In this document: positions 35,830-48,738 of the stretch, in pieces
Numbering within the stretch: the stretch's first letter is position 1
Layout: each line of letters opens with the position of its first letter
NCBI GenBank assembly: GCA_050273025.1
Contig: CP158636.1
Coordinates: forward strand, 7,440,001-7,504,000
Source: Cenococcum geophilum
Taxonomy: Eukaryota
Length of the DNA: 64,000 bases
Direction of reading: 5' to 3'
Notes under the pieces: model-generated
What the model was told of the DNA's origin: nothing
The model's input: the letters and a program-made list of their open reading frames with translations, nothing else
Database searches by the model: none
Program-made: the position numbers and the translations under genes

Positions 35830-37910
35830 TTAAGTGTGTTAAGATTATTCTGTGTCGAGATCGATTATATTAAAGTTACCTCCCTAGCAAAATACCCTAC
35901 TTAGGAGAAGTCAAGTAAATTAAAGTTATCCACTGGTGGGGGGCCGAGCAAATCAAAATTATTAGGTGGTGGGAAACTAAGTAAATTAAAATTATTAGGG
36001 GGTGGGAGACTAAGGAAATCGAAATTATTTGCATTACTTAAATATAATAAACCCCAACATCCTAGAGAGGTAGGAAAGGTAATTAAGTCTATACTAGGTT
36101 GTTAGAACCATAAACGCTTAAAGTATAGTATACTTGCTATATAATATATTTTCTACTATTTGCCTAGCACATCCCCCATTATCGGGAGGTGCTAACGGTG
36201 CTTTATTTGTGCATTCGTGGCTCTTAGCCTATTTAAATATATCTTTCTAGCTGTTAGGATTACTTCTAGTAGTATTTCTATTTAGCGGTGCCTTCTATTA
36301 TACGGAGTTTATTAAGACACCTAAGTTGCTATGGGTTATTCCTATTTAGGTTTGTAGTGGTGGTTATATCACATCTCTCTGGTTCTAGCTAAATAGTCTA
36401 TTTAGCCTGGGTGCCTCTACCTAATTAAATGGATCTTCTTTAAAGTTAGGTATAGGTTATAAAAGGCATTTGCAATAGCACCTACTATACGGTATATCTC
36501 TTCCCTTATCTACTAAGTATAATATATTAAACGATTAAGCTCTATTATCTCTGTGGTCTAATAATAGATTATATAAACTGTTTTTGGAATTCCCTAATAA
36601 GAGGTTAGAATTTTCTTAGGCACTTAGTTTTATCTTCCCTTACCTATATTATTTCTAGTAGTATATCCATATACCTTCTATACGTGCGATATTAGAGCGG
36701 CTTATTAGAACGCGCTAATGGGATTTGCTACGTTAGGAACTTATAAATATTAGTCCTAGCTTATATTGCCGGCACTCCGCCCTACTAGAAGCGAGTTCCC
36801 CTTATCTCCTTAGACTTAGCTATTATTATAATATATTAGGACAAACCGTCTTACTTTATAGAGTTAAACTAGCTTTATATCCGCCGCTCTTAGGTAAACT
36901 TCGTTAGTATCTAGATTACTTACCGTCCGGCTACTAGACGGTTTCCGACCCTCTTTTTAGAGCCTCTAAAATCCAGCTAATCGCTCTCTACGTAATAGTG
37001 ATAGTAGAATCTGGCTAAGTTAGTATCTATACTAATTTATAGGGATCTTAGCTATACTAATGCCTTCTTTAATTAAGCTTTGGGTAAGTATATAATAGTC
37101 TTTTAATATATCGTAAATTCCCGCGACTCTAAGGGCTTAAATTAATTTATTGTAGTTGGAACCCTTCTTTAAGAAATCTTTTTCCTATTTAGAAGTATAT
37201 AGTTACCATATAAATAATTACTATTTTATTGCTAGATCTTACACTATGTTTCCTATCTTTAAAGGAAGGAAGAATAAGGTACTAGGCCCTCCTAAAGCAT
37301 CTCTAATTAAGCGGTACTTACCGCTACTAATAAAAAAGGCTTCTATCTGTTAAGTAAGCTTCTTAAGCAAGATCTTAGTGGTTAAGCCGATTCTGTAAAA
37401 GTCTTAAGCTATTAATCCTGCCGTATAACCATTTTGGGAGAGCTTCAATAGAACTACTTAAGCAAATCTGCGAAGGATCTTATAATATATCTTATTCTTT
37501 TCAAGGACTAAGCAAATAAAAAGTATATGATTAAGCGGAAGTTTAAGAAAATCCTTCTGCTCGTCTATGCAGGTTTCCTGAATTTAAGGATTCTAGAAAA
37601 CAACTGCTCCGCCCTAAACTTTAGTAAGAAAGGTCGTAACTTTATAGCTAGGCTTAGACTTACATATCCGTAAAAGATTTAAACGCAAAATACTAGCTCC
37701 TTTGGCGTCAACCTTAAAAGTTATTTCTTTGGCGAAAATTTTGGATTTTAACTTAGCCTAGTAAACTAACTTAAGAACCTCATTAATACTTTAGATTAAC
37801 TATAAAAGAGTTAAGTAGAGAGGTGATATCTACGGAATTGGTTAACTTACGCTCGGCTCTATAAGCTTTACTAGTTCTTTTTCTGCTAGAGCAGCTCTAA
37901 GTTTCGTGGC
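35830..37910 (-). pseudogene. Large RIP'd gene of unknown function with C-terminal (N/D)NF(D/N)LLxxPPP peptide repeats
   Basis: Long stop-interrupted frame (DFLKLPLNHILFICLVLE; REEIYRIVGAIANAF); 33-bp repeats at 35860-36030. Confidence 0.4.
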
Positions 37911-40900
37911 GATATTAGTTATTTTATAGGTATAAGGATGTCCAATAATAAGTAGTAGGCAGAACCTCTTACTTTAGGTGAAATAATAGGCTAGTATAAA
38001 GCAACCCGTATATCCTTGCCTCGGTACCCTATAACTAGCACCCAAATATCACCCTGAATTTAAATCACTTATACTTAAAATATGGCAGATAGGAGATCTC
38101 TAGGATAAATCAATATAAGCCTTAATTATAACTCCACTACCCTAAAAGCCTTAAATCCCTACTAAGGACTAATTAGATTCTTTCCTATCTTATTAAAGAA
38201 TTTAAATCCAAGTATATTAGGTATATGCTTCAAAACTGCTTTCCTTAAAGGGTAGGGATTAAGCGGCTAGCTTGAGGTCGGGTCCCGGCTCCGTTTTTAC
38301 CATTCCGATACCTTTAGGAATGCTCCCTTTAGAAAAGTTAATGGTTCTGGAGGGTATAGTAAGATCTTAATAAACCTTTAAAGGTAAGATAGGGAGATAT
38401 ATATAGAACTTATTACGCCTTATACTAGGTTAAGAATGCAAGTTCGCCCCAATCTGCCCGTTTAATTTAGGTCATTTAGCCCTACCTTATAATCTCCACC
38501 ACTTTTTACCCCGGTTGCCTTATTGCACTAGTCTCCTATAATGTATACTCTTTCCATTCCATTGGCGCTTATAATCCCCTTATTTTTATACTGCAACTTT
38601 CTTATATATTGGGCTGCATATTATACTTAATTCGCTATTAACCCTATACGTCGGGTATCTCTTCTTGCCCTCCTTCCATATATTAGTTCTGTCTCCTTAG
38701 TACTAGCAGCCTTTATTTTCACTATATTGAATTTATAGTAAAGGTAAGTATAAATATCGTTAGGTCTTTTGCCTTTTTTTCCTCTACTATTTTATTAGTT
38801 CCCTATTAAACTCCTCTCTTAAATCATTTATATTTACCTAAGAATCTCTACAGAAAACCCCAACCCTCGCACTATAAATATAACGGTAAATGAAACTTAC
38901 TAACTATAAAACTAGGTTTTTCTTAAAGTAATATTAACTGACATTTCGTTTAGGTTCCTAGAAGGCAATGCTTAGCTTATCTTAAAAATAATAATAAAGT
39001 TTAGGTAATCCCTAGAAAAAACTGTCCTTAATATAGTACCCCAGTAAACTAGTTAGAGTATTTAGTAAGAACCCTTTTTTAGTAATTTCTATACAAATTA
39101 GCTAATAGACGGAGTAATTTAAATATAGGAGAGGGGATGCTACGGGTGGGCAGGTACTAGAAGGTAAGGTTTACTATAAGCGTTAGGTTACTAGATTTCC
39201 GAAAATACATATAGTAGTAGGGGTGATATTATATATATTCCTAATATATATGCGAAAGGCATATATATTTTACGTCTTTCCAGCTTTATTAGCTAGACGT
39301 TTTAATCTATATAAGAGTAAAATTATATCATTAACTAAAATAATGGCCATTAGGAGTACTATAAGATATAAAAGCGTTTTCCTAGCGGCTTAACCCCCCT
39401 TTAATACAGTCTGTACGTATATTTAAGCCTAAAAGTTATCCCGCCTATTACCCCTAAGACGCTACCTTTCCTCCAAATCCTACTACTATAACTTATACTC
39501 CTCTAAAGATCTATAATAGAAAACTAAATAGCTAATTAAAGCGAGGACGTGCAGCCAGCTCGCTGGCTAATTAGACGTAGCTTACCTACTACTATAAAGC
39601 CTAGAAGCCCCTATTAATTTGCTTTTCAACAATACGCTAAAGGCGCGAGCTACAACAATATATTCCGCAAGAATTAAAGGCTAGAACGCCTTAATATATA
39701 GAGCTAGTTCCGCCTCATTATACTAGGATATACAATTGCCTTTATCTGGTTACCTTGACGCTCCTTCTATAGCTTTTATTCATCACTGCCTAACTTTACT
39801 ATTTTTACTGCTCCTCTTAAATCATTCCCTAGTCTGCCCTGTTTCTGCTAGCTATTTGCGGCCGCTTTACCCTTTAATATAGTTTCTACTTAGTTAACCA
39901 TTGGCTCGCTTATTAAAGCCATTATTTACTAGCTCTTGCCGGCCATCGGTTTCTTAAAGCGTTTTATTTAGCTACCTCTTATATAGGTCGCTAGCACATA
40001 TAGTTGGGATTGAAATTCTAGGTATAGTGTATTAATTACTAATCCTTGTCTAAGAGCGAGTGCTTTACTATCTATTAATGTGGACCTAGAAAGTAATCCT
40101 AGATTAGCTACTAAGCTTAAAACTCCTCCACGCCCTGACACTTATTAACTCGAATATCTATAAGGCTAGCAAAACATACCTTTAGAGCCTAACACCGGCC
40201 GATTGTTTAATTAAATCCCCGGCCTTATAGACTAGTAAAAGGCATATCTAAAAATAGGGGTTTCAGGCCTATAATACCGGCGGCCTATATAACTAGAAGA
40301 TCTTATATGGTATAAAATTCTTTGCATTTACCTAGATGAGTGGTATGCGGGTATACTCGCCTTAAACTTAATTAGGTTCTTTAATAGGTCTAAAAAAGAG
40401 TTTCTTAGTCTTCTTTAGATAAGAACTAAAGAGTGTAAAATATGGGATATTATCTATTCACCTATATTCCTTAAATTTATAAATAATCGCCCTAACGCAA
40501 TTATATTCCAGGTACGTTTAATACCTCCTATATAGCATTTATTCTAATTAAATTACAGACTTTAATGCAAGATATTCTTAATAACTTACAAGACTGTATA
40601 GAAAAGGAAGGGGAGGGGAAAGCTATTTTTTAGAGGCCGTGTTGACCTGGTATAGAGCCCTAGTAGTAGTTATCTATATCTAGCTTAGAGAGTATTAAGA
40701 TTTCGGTATATAATTAAATTTAAATCCTCCGCGTCCTTAATTAAGCCCACTTGCACTATAATATAAATTTACGTCTATGCGCCTAAAATCCTTAAAGTTG
40801 CGGCGCTTGTATAGTAAAAGAAAGTTATACCAGTGGCGTTATCGCCTTTATTAGCTGCGCGGTGCTCCATTAAAGGATATGTTCCGCTAGTATCTCTACA

Positions 40901-43599
40901 CCTCTCCTTACCTGCCACTCCCTCCCTCCCTCTAAAAATTTAACTATAGATAGCTAGTAGCGTTAGACTTACATATATACGTTCCTAGAGGTTAAGTATT
41001 AGGTAACACTAAGCGGACACAAAATGTATAACGATAAATCAGCATAATGCGTGCGGCGATAATTCTCAGCTATACCTACCGTACGGAATCCTTTACCAGA
41101 TACTATCTAAAGGAAGGGTAGAATGGTAATACTAAAGAACCTAATTCCGTTAGTCGGTGTAGTGGCTATAGCTGTTATATCTACAACGGTCCAAATAGCT
41201 CTTATCTAATTAATATTGTAACTTCTCCATATATCTTTTAAGGGCGTTCCTCCTTCTGCTGCCAATTCGCTTTTCTTCGCCCCCCCCTATAATAGCTACT
41301 TGCTAAATTCGACCGCTTACGTATATAGATATATTTCAAGTAACATATGTTATTATTTTAGCTTTTAAAACCTCCCAATCTTTTAAGATTTAGAGACTAT
41401 ATTTTAAAGCGTTCCTAATAAATATATACGACTTTTACACAGTTAATTTTATTAATACGTTTCTTAGTCCTACCTTAAGGGTTTATAGTATGGAAAGCCT
41501 ATATAATGAAAACGAAGCCAAGGTAGTTAAGTCGCTATAGGCTAGGCAAGATTCGACGGTATTAATTAGCGAAACTGTGATTTCTAGCGTCCTTATTATA
41601 AGTGGCCTAGAACCCTAGCTACTGCTAGAGGGGGACATTTATACGGTACCACTATTAATCTAGTATAAGTTTGCAAGCTAATAAAACGAAGGTATTCTTA
41701 ACGGCCTCCTAGAGGGTATTAGAAATCTGCGTCGAGATAAAAACCTAAATAATATTAAGTTTTATAAGGAACAAACTCGCGCTAAAGGGGATCAGTATAG
41801 TTCTTAGGTTGTAGGCTTAGGGGCGTAGCTAATTTTGCGCTAGGTACTCCTAAGATTATAAGATAAAAATCTCTACTCTTACTATACATAAGTCTTATTA
41901 GAAGTCTAGTCTAGGCACAATACTTATTAAAATGGTAGTAGAAAAGCAGGACGAAGAGAGAAAGAAGATATAAGTATTAGCTATACTAGTAAGCCAACCT
42001 ATTCTGGGACACTTTGGGTTTAATATTAAGACTAAGTTAATAGAAGGTCCGGTGGAGTATTTATACAGTTTTGGTACTTATAAACCACGGCGCCGTACTA
42101 TAAGCGTATAGCTAGGAGACGAAGATTAATACGGGGCATAATAATGTAGAAAACTTATAAGTTACCAGCTAAAACAAAAGATTTATACTTTTCTCTTTTT
42201 TTATTTGGTATTACCTAAAATTATAAACGGTATTAAATACTTAATTTAGTAATAGAATAGAGAAGGTAACTAACCCCTACACGCCCTAAGTGCCTTTTTT
42301 AGTTATTCGTCGCCTAAGGCTTAGGCGATAACTTGTTGGGAAGCCGCTTGGTTAAGTTATTTAGCGGTAATAATATAGCATTTATATAGCCTGCCTTATT
42401 TCTAAGGAATAATATCATTATAAGCTAGCCTGCTCCCACTTTCATCTTTATTCTTTTCCATTTTCTTGGATATTTGAGATTATAGCTCCCGTTAGCGGAT
42501 TCACTTACCCTGTCCTCGCCCTTATCGTAACTGCTTGGTTTTTATAGTATCTAAACCCTTTTATTATTGAAATAGCGTTCTGTGGTACCTTTCTCTGCTT
42601 ACTTATTATTTTCTTTTAGGTAATATACCTCTCTGAAATGTTAGTCGCAGATTCTAAGGTTTGGCGCATCTGGCTTTATTACGCTAGTATTGCTCTTAGT
42701 TGGTATTTACAATTGTAGCTTTAATAGAATCGCCCTAAATACGTATTTTCTATTTAGCTATTAGGTATCTGGTATATAGGCATGATTAGGATAGTAGTGT
42801 AAACTACCAAGACGGAAATTAGGGCCGTAAGGTTAACTTTGATGTATAAAGCCCCCCCCCCTATTTTAGCTATTAGTTTATTAATATATAATATAGTTAT
42901 ACAGGCCTTATATTAGCCGTTTTTATAATTATACATTATTAAGAGTTCTATTTTTAGCATTGGAAAATAGTATAAAGGTAATCCTTTACTCTATAAGCAA
43001 ATTATTTTTCTAGCTTATACGGAGTGTTAGGGAGGTTTTACAATCTATGAAATAAATTGTCCTTCTAATAACTGGGGAAAATATAACTGTTATTGTTGAC
43101 TTAGCTATTACACCTAGGAGCCCCGGCTCCTCTCGCTTCTATAATATAGCAAAAAAAACCAGATTAGCTGTAGTAAGCAACTTCTAGCGCTTTAACTCCT
43201 CGCAGCAGCCCTAGGGCTATTAGTGTAAGAAAGATCTAATATATTAGCCAGGGGCTGCTTAAATTATAACCTTGTATAGTTTTTCTGTATATTCCATAAC
43301 GTAGTAGAAGTATTAGGTGGGCTATATCTAGCGCGGCTGCCAGAACCGGCGGTGTTTAGCTAAATAGTTAGTGCGACCCTAGGGAAGGCGGGAGGACTAG
43401 TCTTATAAAACCAAACTAGTAGGGGTAATACTAGTGGCGTTAGCTAAGACACTTAAATAACTTAAAATTCTCTATTCGCGAAACCCCGCTTTACCACAAC
43501 ATATTAGGACCTATTAATTTCACTAATACCTATTTCTAAACGCCACCACGTATAATAGACATTAGGGCTAATGCTACTATAAAGCAGGTACGGGATATA

Positions 43600-44010
43600 G
43601 TTTAGTATAACTTAGAGTAGTAATAGCGTTTCCTGGCAAGTATATAGGCCTAAGCTAAGGCGCCTTTTTTTAATAAGAATTAGCAGAAATTTATAAATAA
43701 GGAAGCTAGAAATATTATTATCTTAGGGCGTGGCTGGAATGATGTGAATTTACCTAAAAGGAAAGAAATTTTAGAACACATAAACGAAAAGCTAAGAAAA
43801 GATTAGTTAAATAAAGTAAACTAAAAGGTTATAAGCTGGCGTATACCAAAAGCTATTAGAAGTGCTACTAGTTAGTTTAATATAAACATAATAACTAGTA
43901 CGTTTTCGCTAAGTTATGTTTTAGTTCTAGAGAATAAGGAATCCTAAGGGGAATTAACTAATAAACCTATTTAGAAGCTCCCGTGGGATCCTATATAAAA
44001 TAATATATAA
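43600..44010 (+). pseudogene. Small protein of unknown function, RIP'd
   Basis: GRGWNDVNLPKRKEILEHINEKL...VISWRIPKAI...LPWDPI. Confidence 0.4.
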
Positions 44011-44139
44011 AAATAAGTGGCGGGTGGTGCGTATAGGGGTATAGCTATATAGATTATTAAAGATAGGCGCTTAAATTAAAGCCTAATGCAGGTAGTGCCT
44101 GTCTCGCCTTATGAAATTAGTAGCGTATTGTATCCTAAT

Positions 44140-46100
44140 TAATGCAGCTATACCTTACGCAAATTTGTGCCCTATAATGCTACTGCCTATATAAGCAGTA
44201 CCTAAAAATGTAGGGCATTTGCTCTTTTAGTCACTAAGTCCCTACTATAAAATTAAGAGTAAAATGTCCTATATAGGCCGACCGTCTTAGCGCAATTCTC
44301 TAAGCTTTGAGAACTACAGGAGTAGGCCCTATTATTACTTCTATTTGGCCTTATTATATTTAAACGCTAAGCTGTTCCCTTAGAATATAATAAGGTATTT
44401 AGATATAAGTGCGGCCAATAATAAACCTTATATACGAACTTCTGTAGTATTTTTAAGTTATTACTATATTTCGATTTAGCTATAGGCATATACGCTACAC
44501 GCTTTAGCTTACGGAGGATTTAGGCAGCCCTATATATAGGAAGCCACTTAGTGCTAGCAGCTCTGCCGTGCTTCCCTTATATAAATATTTACTTAGTATA
44601 TTCTATTTCTATTTCCTATAAATACTTTCCTTCTATAGCCGGTAATGAAAATCTATTAACAACTTCTATAGCAACTCTAAGCTATTAAGCTGCTGGCTCT
44701 ATAAGTAACTAAAGGCGAATTATACGCACTAGAGACTTATTATTAGATAAGGCTAATAAGAACACTACTAACTCTTACGTTAATAATATAATAAGCGATA
44801 TCCAGCCCTATCCTTATCCTCCCCCTCTAGTGGATATTAATAAGGAACTAATACCTACTAGGCTTAACTCTTCCTACAGTATTAGGGAGACGACAATTAC
44901 TATTAACTCTAGTGTTGATAATATAACGACAAGCGTTCGGCCCTATCTTTTTTACCCTCTGGTGGGTATTAACGAGAGGCTAATACTTCCTAAGCTTAAC
45001 TCTTATAGCGGTGTTAGAGCGACGGCAACTCCTTCTAGTGTTAGTACGCCGAGCTAGCTATTTCCCTTTTCTGTGAATCCTAATAAGGACCTGACTTACC
45101 CTAGTAATATTAATACCTTCTCTATATGCTCTAGAGTAGAGGATAGGCTTATTTAAGGCCACTTTAAGGAGGAACTAAGCGCACCCTTAACCCCTACATA
45201 ATTATTATCTCTTAAATCCCCAACGGATAAGGATGATAAGACTGAGACATTACCTTGCCTCACTCTAGTGGCACCAGTTAAGGACTGCGTCCTTTAGCCA
45301 ACCGTTTTCAGTTCAGCCGTAGGAGCACCAGTTAGGGATAACATTCTTTAGCCGATTGCTTTTAGTTCGGCTGGGGTATCTAGGTATTTAGAAGTTTATA
45401 TAAGTAACTAGTTTATATTCTTATGGAAGAAAACTAACCGCTATAAGGATTTTGTTAACAAGTTTCTTATAACAGCAGACCTTCATCTTAATAATTGTTA
45501 AATGTTTGGGCTTAAAGCGGTATTGGGATATAGACGTCGCAGTATAAAGATTGTCCGCCAGTCATTGGACGATCCTGAACTCCTAAAGTACATTAGTATA
45601 ATCCATGGCCCTACTAATGACTAGATACTAACGGGAATTTCTAAGGATAAAGATAGGCTAGTATTTACGCTTAATAGAGTAGTGGATGGATCTTATAATA
45701 ATTTTCTAAAGCGCTAGCATTCTTCTATATTTGTAGTATAGACTAGAATAAATAAGGGCCAAGAGGAGATAAGGATAGTCTAGCATCTATCGCCAAATGT
45801 GGTTATTACGTATGCGTTAGATAAGGCCGAAAGAAATAGGTAGTTACTAGGATATAGTTTCGCGTTTATTGGTTATAAAGGGGGTAAGCGGTATAAAGAA
45901 ATCCTTAAAGCTATCAAGAATTATATACTTATAAATGGGATATTTATACTAATCTAGCTATATAGTGCATATTTATTTTCCTATAGGAATACGCTATAAA
46001 TAGAGCTTAAGCTAGAAATAGAACTTTAAGCAGAAAAGAATAGCACTACTATTACCGCCGATTCTTCTACCTGGTAGGCCGCTTTCTTTCCTTCTACATA
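44140..46100 (+). pseudogene. RIP'd gene of unknown function
   Basis: Long stop-interrupted frame with a Ser/Pro/Thr-rich middle and a globular end (FLITADLHLIIVKCLGLKAVLGY...). Confidence 0.35.
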
Positions 46101-46659
46101 ATAGGCTGAGCCTTTAATTTTAAATAGTAATGCCCCTATAGTGATCCAAGACTTCTTTTTAGAAAGCTGTCTTTAATCTATTTCCGTGAAAGATTTTGTT
46201 TTTTTTTTAGATTAGTAAGTAGCGCGTCTTCCTCTTCTATAAATTTCACTCTGGACTTTAGCTTTTGGGGCTTTAATTCTAGGGGTTTTGGCTCTTAAGA
46301 TTGCTTAACTAGGTTAAGGTATATCTACTATATATAACCCGTCTTCTTGGCGCTTATAACTAGCTCAGATTAATAATTCTTTTAAATTATTTAAGGCAGC
46401 TTCTGGTATTGCTTTATTAGAGTTAAAGCCAGAGGTGGGATTTAACAGCGGTTTCTAATTAAGGTGTATTCTTAGATGGCCTAGGCAAGGCACGGGGATT
46501 AAATAATCTCTTTAATAGCCGCGTTTAAAATAGATGGCTGGATTATAATATAAGAAATTTTTGTTTTAAATAACTAAGGTATGTTTTAGCATTCTGCCGG
46601 ATTGCTAGGCTAATAGTATTTAATATAAATCCTTCTGTTACAATTCTGCTTAAGGAGTA

Positions 46660-48738
46660 ACTAAGCTCCTCCGCTTCTAGCCCGTCTAGCTACTATCCCT
46701 AGCCGCTCTATTACGCCTTTTAGAAATTCCCTAGCCCCCTATATTATAACATTATCCACCCACATTAGCTACTATAGAACTTCGTCCAATATAGGCGCAT
46801 GATAAGTCTTAATCGGTGCCATATAAAATTCGCGGATATTCCCTTCTATAATAGTATAATAAGCCCAGAGCTTATAGAAGGGCCCTTAGGTGCAGATAGA
46901 GAAAACTAGAGGGATTTTTGCTAGTAAGTGAGGTCTTTATAATGGGGCGTCTTTAGAAGGAGAGGCTCGTTAGACCAGATAATTAAGATTGTATTAAATT
47001 TTAAGTGCACATGCCCCTAAGGCTGCGGCTTAATTCTCTATATTAAAGATATGCTTGCCAGTTGCATACGATTTACCCTCTATAACTAAAAATGGGAAGC
47101 GAATTTAGAGCGCTTTTTGAGTTAGTTTACTACAAAGTATAGGTTCTCTTCGTCTCCTACTATCTTGACGTATAGTCTTCTGCTAAAGATCTTTTAGAAA
47201 ATACTTCGCTTAGATATGGTCAAGACCCTATATATAATGTAATTCTTATACTAATATATCCTGGGAGATTCCAATAGTAATATCTAGACGAGGTATCTTA
47301 ATAGGAGAGTTGTCTATTTCCGTTTAGGACCGGGTAGGCAGTAGAGGTAGTAATATAGCTTTGTTTACTGCTAGTGCCTTATAATAATTAGCATTTGGCC
47401 TAGCTTTAGCAACCGCTATTCTTAATTTAAAAGGTTATAGAAAGCTACTATAAGAGACTTACTTCGTCCGTAATACCTAGTTTACCTATAATAACAGATT
47501 TAGAGGATTGTTATAGGGAAAGGTACTTAGTGGCTGCCTACGCTTGTTTTCTTAGGATAACCTAAAAGATAGTTTTATTAGGGACTTCCTTAGTCACTTC
47601 CCCCGGGAGCGTATTATTATTAGGCTTATTGCCGGCCTTATCTAGGAAACTAAAGTCTTAAAAGGAATAGGTATAAGGCTTAAGGACTAGTTACTAGTCT
47701 AAGAATTAGATATACGTTACGAGTTAGTATTCCAGTTAAAGGTGTAGTAGTTTTGCTAAGAATTACGGAGAAATCAAATACTATACCTACATTTCTTAAG
47801 TGTATAAACTTATCCCTAGGAAATATATAGGAAAGTGTCTTATAGAGAACTTCCACGCAGTTATCTTCCCCGGCCGCCCTACGTAGAATCGTTAAAAAGT
47901 TGCAACAAAAATCATTAGTGAGCTTTTTTAGCTCTTTCTTCCTCGCTAGAGAGATTTCACTCTAAACGATAGCCTTAATACATTTTTAAACTTCTTCTAG
48001 CGGTAATCCAGCTTTAATATATATCCTTACACTCTTTAGATTAATAAAGCGATAATTAGCAGCAGTGTAAGATGTTTTTTAAGACCTTTATATTAATGTC
48101 TTTAGATCAAACTTGGCGGTAGTACTCCTTCTTAAATAGCGCGACTGACTTCGTGACGGCCTCCTACCGGACGTCTATAGCGGCCTTTTACTACCTATCC
48201 CCCTTAAATAAGCAACTAATCTAGCGTCTATCTTCTCTTACGCTAACCAAGCAGATAGTTCGTCAAACTTTTCTAAGTTAGATTAGGTTAGGCTGTACCT
48301 AGCAGCCACTTCTTTACTAAGTGTATACTTTAAGGGGGGGTGTATAGAGGATTATCGTAATCGCTTTTAAAGGTGTTTTGCTAGAAGTAAATCTTTAGGC
48401 TTACGCAATCGCTTCCGTCTATATAGCTAGACTGGGGTAAGTTTTATAGTATAGTAAGAGGGATTCTAACGGAATAGCAGTAGTATACTTTATTTTGGGT
48501 TTTGCTAGTTATAGGGCTCGCTAGACTATAATTATATAATTCCTTAAGAGTTGCTGTGCTTCTTAAGCGTGCGCTTCTACAAAGAGGCGTTTACATTCCT
48601 CCTTTCTTAATACCTTAAGGACTTTTCCCTATAGATTATTAGCGTGGTAGATTGTGATAGAAAGGATACAATCTCACTCTTTACTGCCAGTTTTTGCCGC
48701 CTATACTTCTTAGTTATCTATTGGCAATTACGGGCCAT
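46660..48738 (-). pseudogene. PD-(D/E)xK-like (DUF7924-type) protein, RIP'd
   Basis: PRLDITIG, RFPFLVIEGKSYATGK...EN*AAALGACAL, FFSICT*GPFYKLWAYYT. Confidence 0.65.
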
